This document shows, piece by piece, positions 62,330 through 64,000 of a stretch of DNA of 64,000 bases. The notes beneath the pieces are model-generated. The model ran no database searches and was not told the DNA's origin. It saw only the letters and a program-made list of their open reading frames with translations. The position numbers and the translations under genes are program-made. Each line of letters opens with the position of its first letter. Within the stretch, counting starts at the first letter, position 1. Origin of the DNA: Thalia democratica (Eukaryota); contig OZ241826.1 in NCBI GenBank assembly GCA_965202585.1, positions 27,280,001 through 27,344,000 of the forward strand, read 5' to 3'.

Positions 62330-63420
62330 AGTATTTGAGGTGTGTTTAGATGGTTCATTTATTTTAAACTAAGTACTCGGAGGCAAAAAGTTAAGAAAAT
62401 TTTTAAGTCTTCTAAGTTCGAAGTTGGTTGTACAAAGTTCTAGTCTTAAATTTATTAAACTAGTGTCTACCTTAATGTACTAAATATTTTTTCCTTTCAT
62501 TATATAAAAACATTGAAGGAATTTTTTTTTTATGTGTTGAATATAAGTTAAATGTGTGTATTTTATAGTTTAAAAATTACTTTTTAACTTTAGTGAAAAC
62601 TAAGGCTAATTTAGTTATGTTTTGAAATTGTTATTGTTTTTAATAAAAAATAGTTTAATTTGAATTTTTCAAAATCTAATGCTAGCTTTTATGACTTGAT
62701 TTTTTTTAAATTATAATTCTTTTAGATTTTATATTTTTTTTTATTAAACATGATACTAAAGGATTTAATAAAGAGTTAATTTACTTAAGATCTTAAGTCT
62801 CTGTACTTTAGTGTTGATTTTGTTTAAAACTCAGGCTAGTTTTTGGTTGACTAGTCTGATTTTTTTGCTTAAAGAAAAACTTTTTGGAAAACCTTCAATA
62901 CTTAACTCTGTTGGCATATGATAAATGAAGGTTTTTTATATAATTAGAAATTTACTTCATTTCTTGAGATATTTTAACAATAACAATATATAACAAATGA
63001 CAATCGATAGATCAACAGAAAAATAAAAAGTAGAGATATAAGGTTTAAAAATCAGTATGTAAAAATATTTGAAACTTATTTGGCTTCAAAAAATACTTTT
63101 TTTTTATTAAAAAATCTTAAATAAACTTAGAAAATAAAAATACTAAATGTATTATTCCTAAAGTATTAAATAGATAACAAATACTTTATAAATAAATTGC
63201 CAAAGTTTAAAAAGATAACAAAAGTATAAATAATAAACTCCTAAAGTCTCAAATTTATAATAAATTAATTAATAAAAAATAACTATAGTGAAATTCGAAC
63301 TATATTTATCATACAAGGTCTTCAAAAACATTCTTTTTCTACCTAGGTTCAACAATAAATGAAATTACAAATTGCTAGCCTACAAGTTAGTGAATTATAG
63401 ACTGAGATGCTGTTATGTTA
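62330..63420. repeat. Diverged block; direct copies ~51210-52760 and ~25300-26200 (part), inverted ~11690-12140 (part)
   Basis: Anchors ACTAAGTACTCGGAGGCAAA (51234, 62369, reverse complement ~12075) and CTAGGTTCAACAA.AA (26122, 52686, 63344). Confidence 0.75.
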
Positions 63421-64000
63421 AAAATATTTAAAACTTTTATGAAAGTTACAGGTTGAACTTCAAAATTATTTATTAAATTGTTATTATTAATGTGTAACAC
63501 GATATCCAATTGCATTTGATAACTGTTTAAATTTAATGAAAAATTTTAAGTTAAAGCTCTTGTTCATCCAAGCATTTAAGAGAAAGCTGACAAGGTCACG
63601 CGTTTTACTTATGCAAGTTTGGATTTGAATACTGCAGCCAAATAAAGATACTCATTAGTTGTCGAAGATATATTTTTTTCATCTTGCTGCTGCTAATACG
63701 TTGTTCAAATAAACATTTTTTTTGTTGTTTAATGCAAAGTTCTTTTGTAAACGATGCTATTTCTTATAAGCAGTTTTTAAGTTAAAATTCAAAGTAAATA
63801 TTTTTCAATTTAATTTATACAATTAAATATAAACTATGAAATACGGTTTTATTTTTTTGTATATTTCCTAGTGTTTGCTATTGTTCTTTTCATTATTTTC
63901 TATGATAAATGATTCAAATTAGTTTCAGAATATTTCAACCTTTTTTTTTTAGTATGCCTATGCAAAAATTTTGTAATAGAATTACTGAGTTATATAGATG

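Noticed and set aside
1-64000. Assigning a species or phylum
   Set aside because: The TE complement and PBS suggest an invertebrate animal, but nothing in the window is diagnostic without a search.

Overview
Very AT-rich (roughly 75-80% by eye) eukaryotic, probably metazoan, repeat-dense window. It has one clearly intact gene: an intronless 571-aa protein with two tandem PARP-like (ART) domains at 36066-37781. A disrupted paralog (54546-56275) lies on the opposite arm of a ~9-kb-arm inverted duplication. Most other non-TE DNA is a mosaic of several diverged copies of the same non-coding blocks in both orientations. Younger insertions, most with TSDs and several with an empty paralogous site inside the window, are: (1) a 5.55-kb Mutator/Foldback element with ~610-bp TIRs encoding a broken transposase-Ulp1 protease fusion, plus two MITE relatives; (2) a 5.86-kb CsRn1-type Ty3/gypsy LTR element (tRNA-Trp PBS, CHCC Gag, protease) that lacks RT/RNaseH/integrase and carries a decayed ribosomal protein P2 (RPLP2) copy; (3) hAT and Kolobok-like non-autonomous elements; (4) Penelope-like and RTE-like LINE remnants. 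All identities and homologies were judged by eye, with no database searches. Coordinates of old repeats are approximate.
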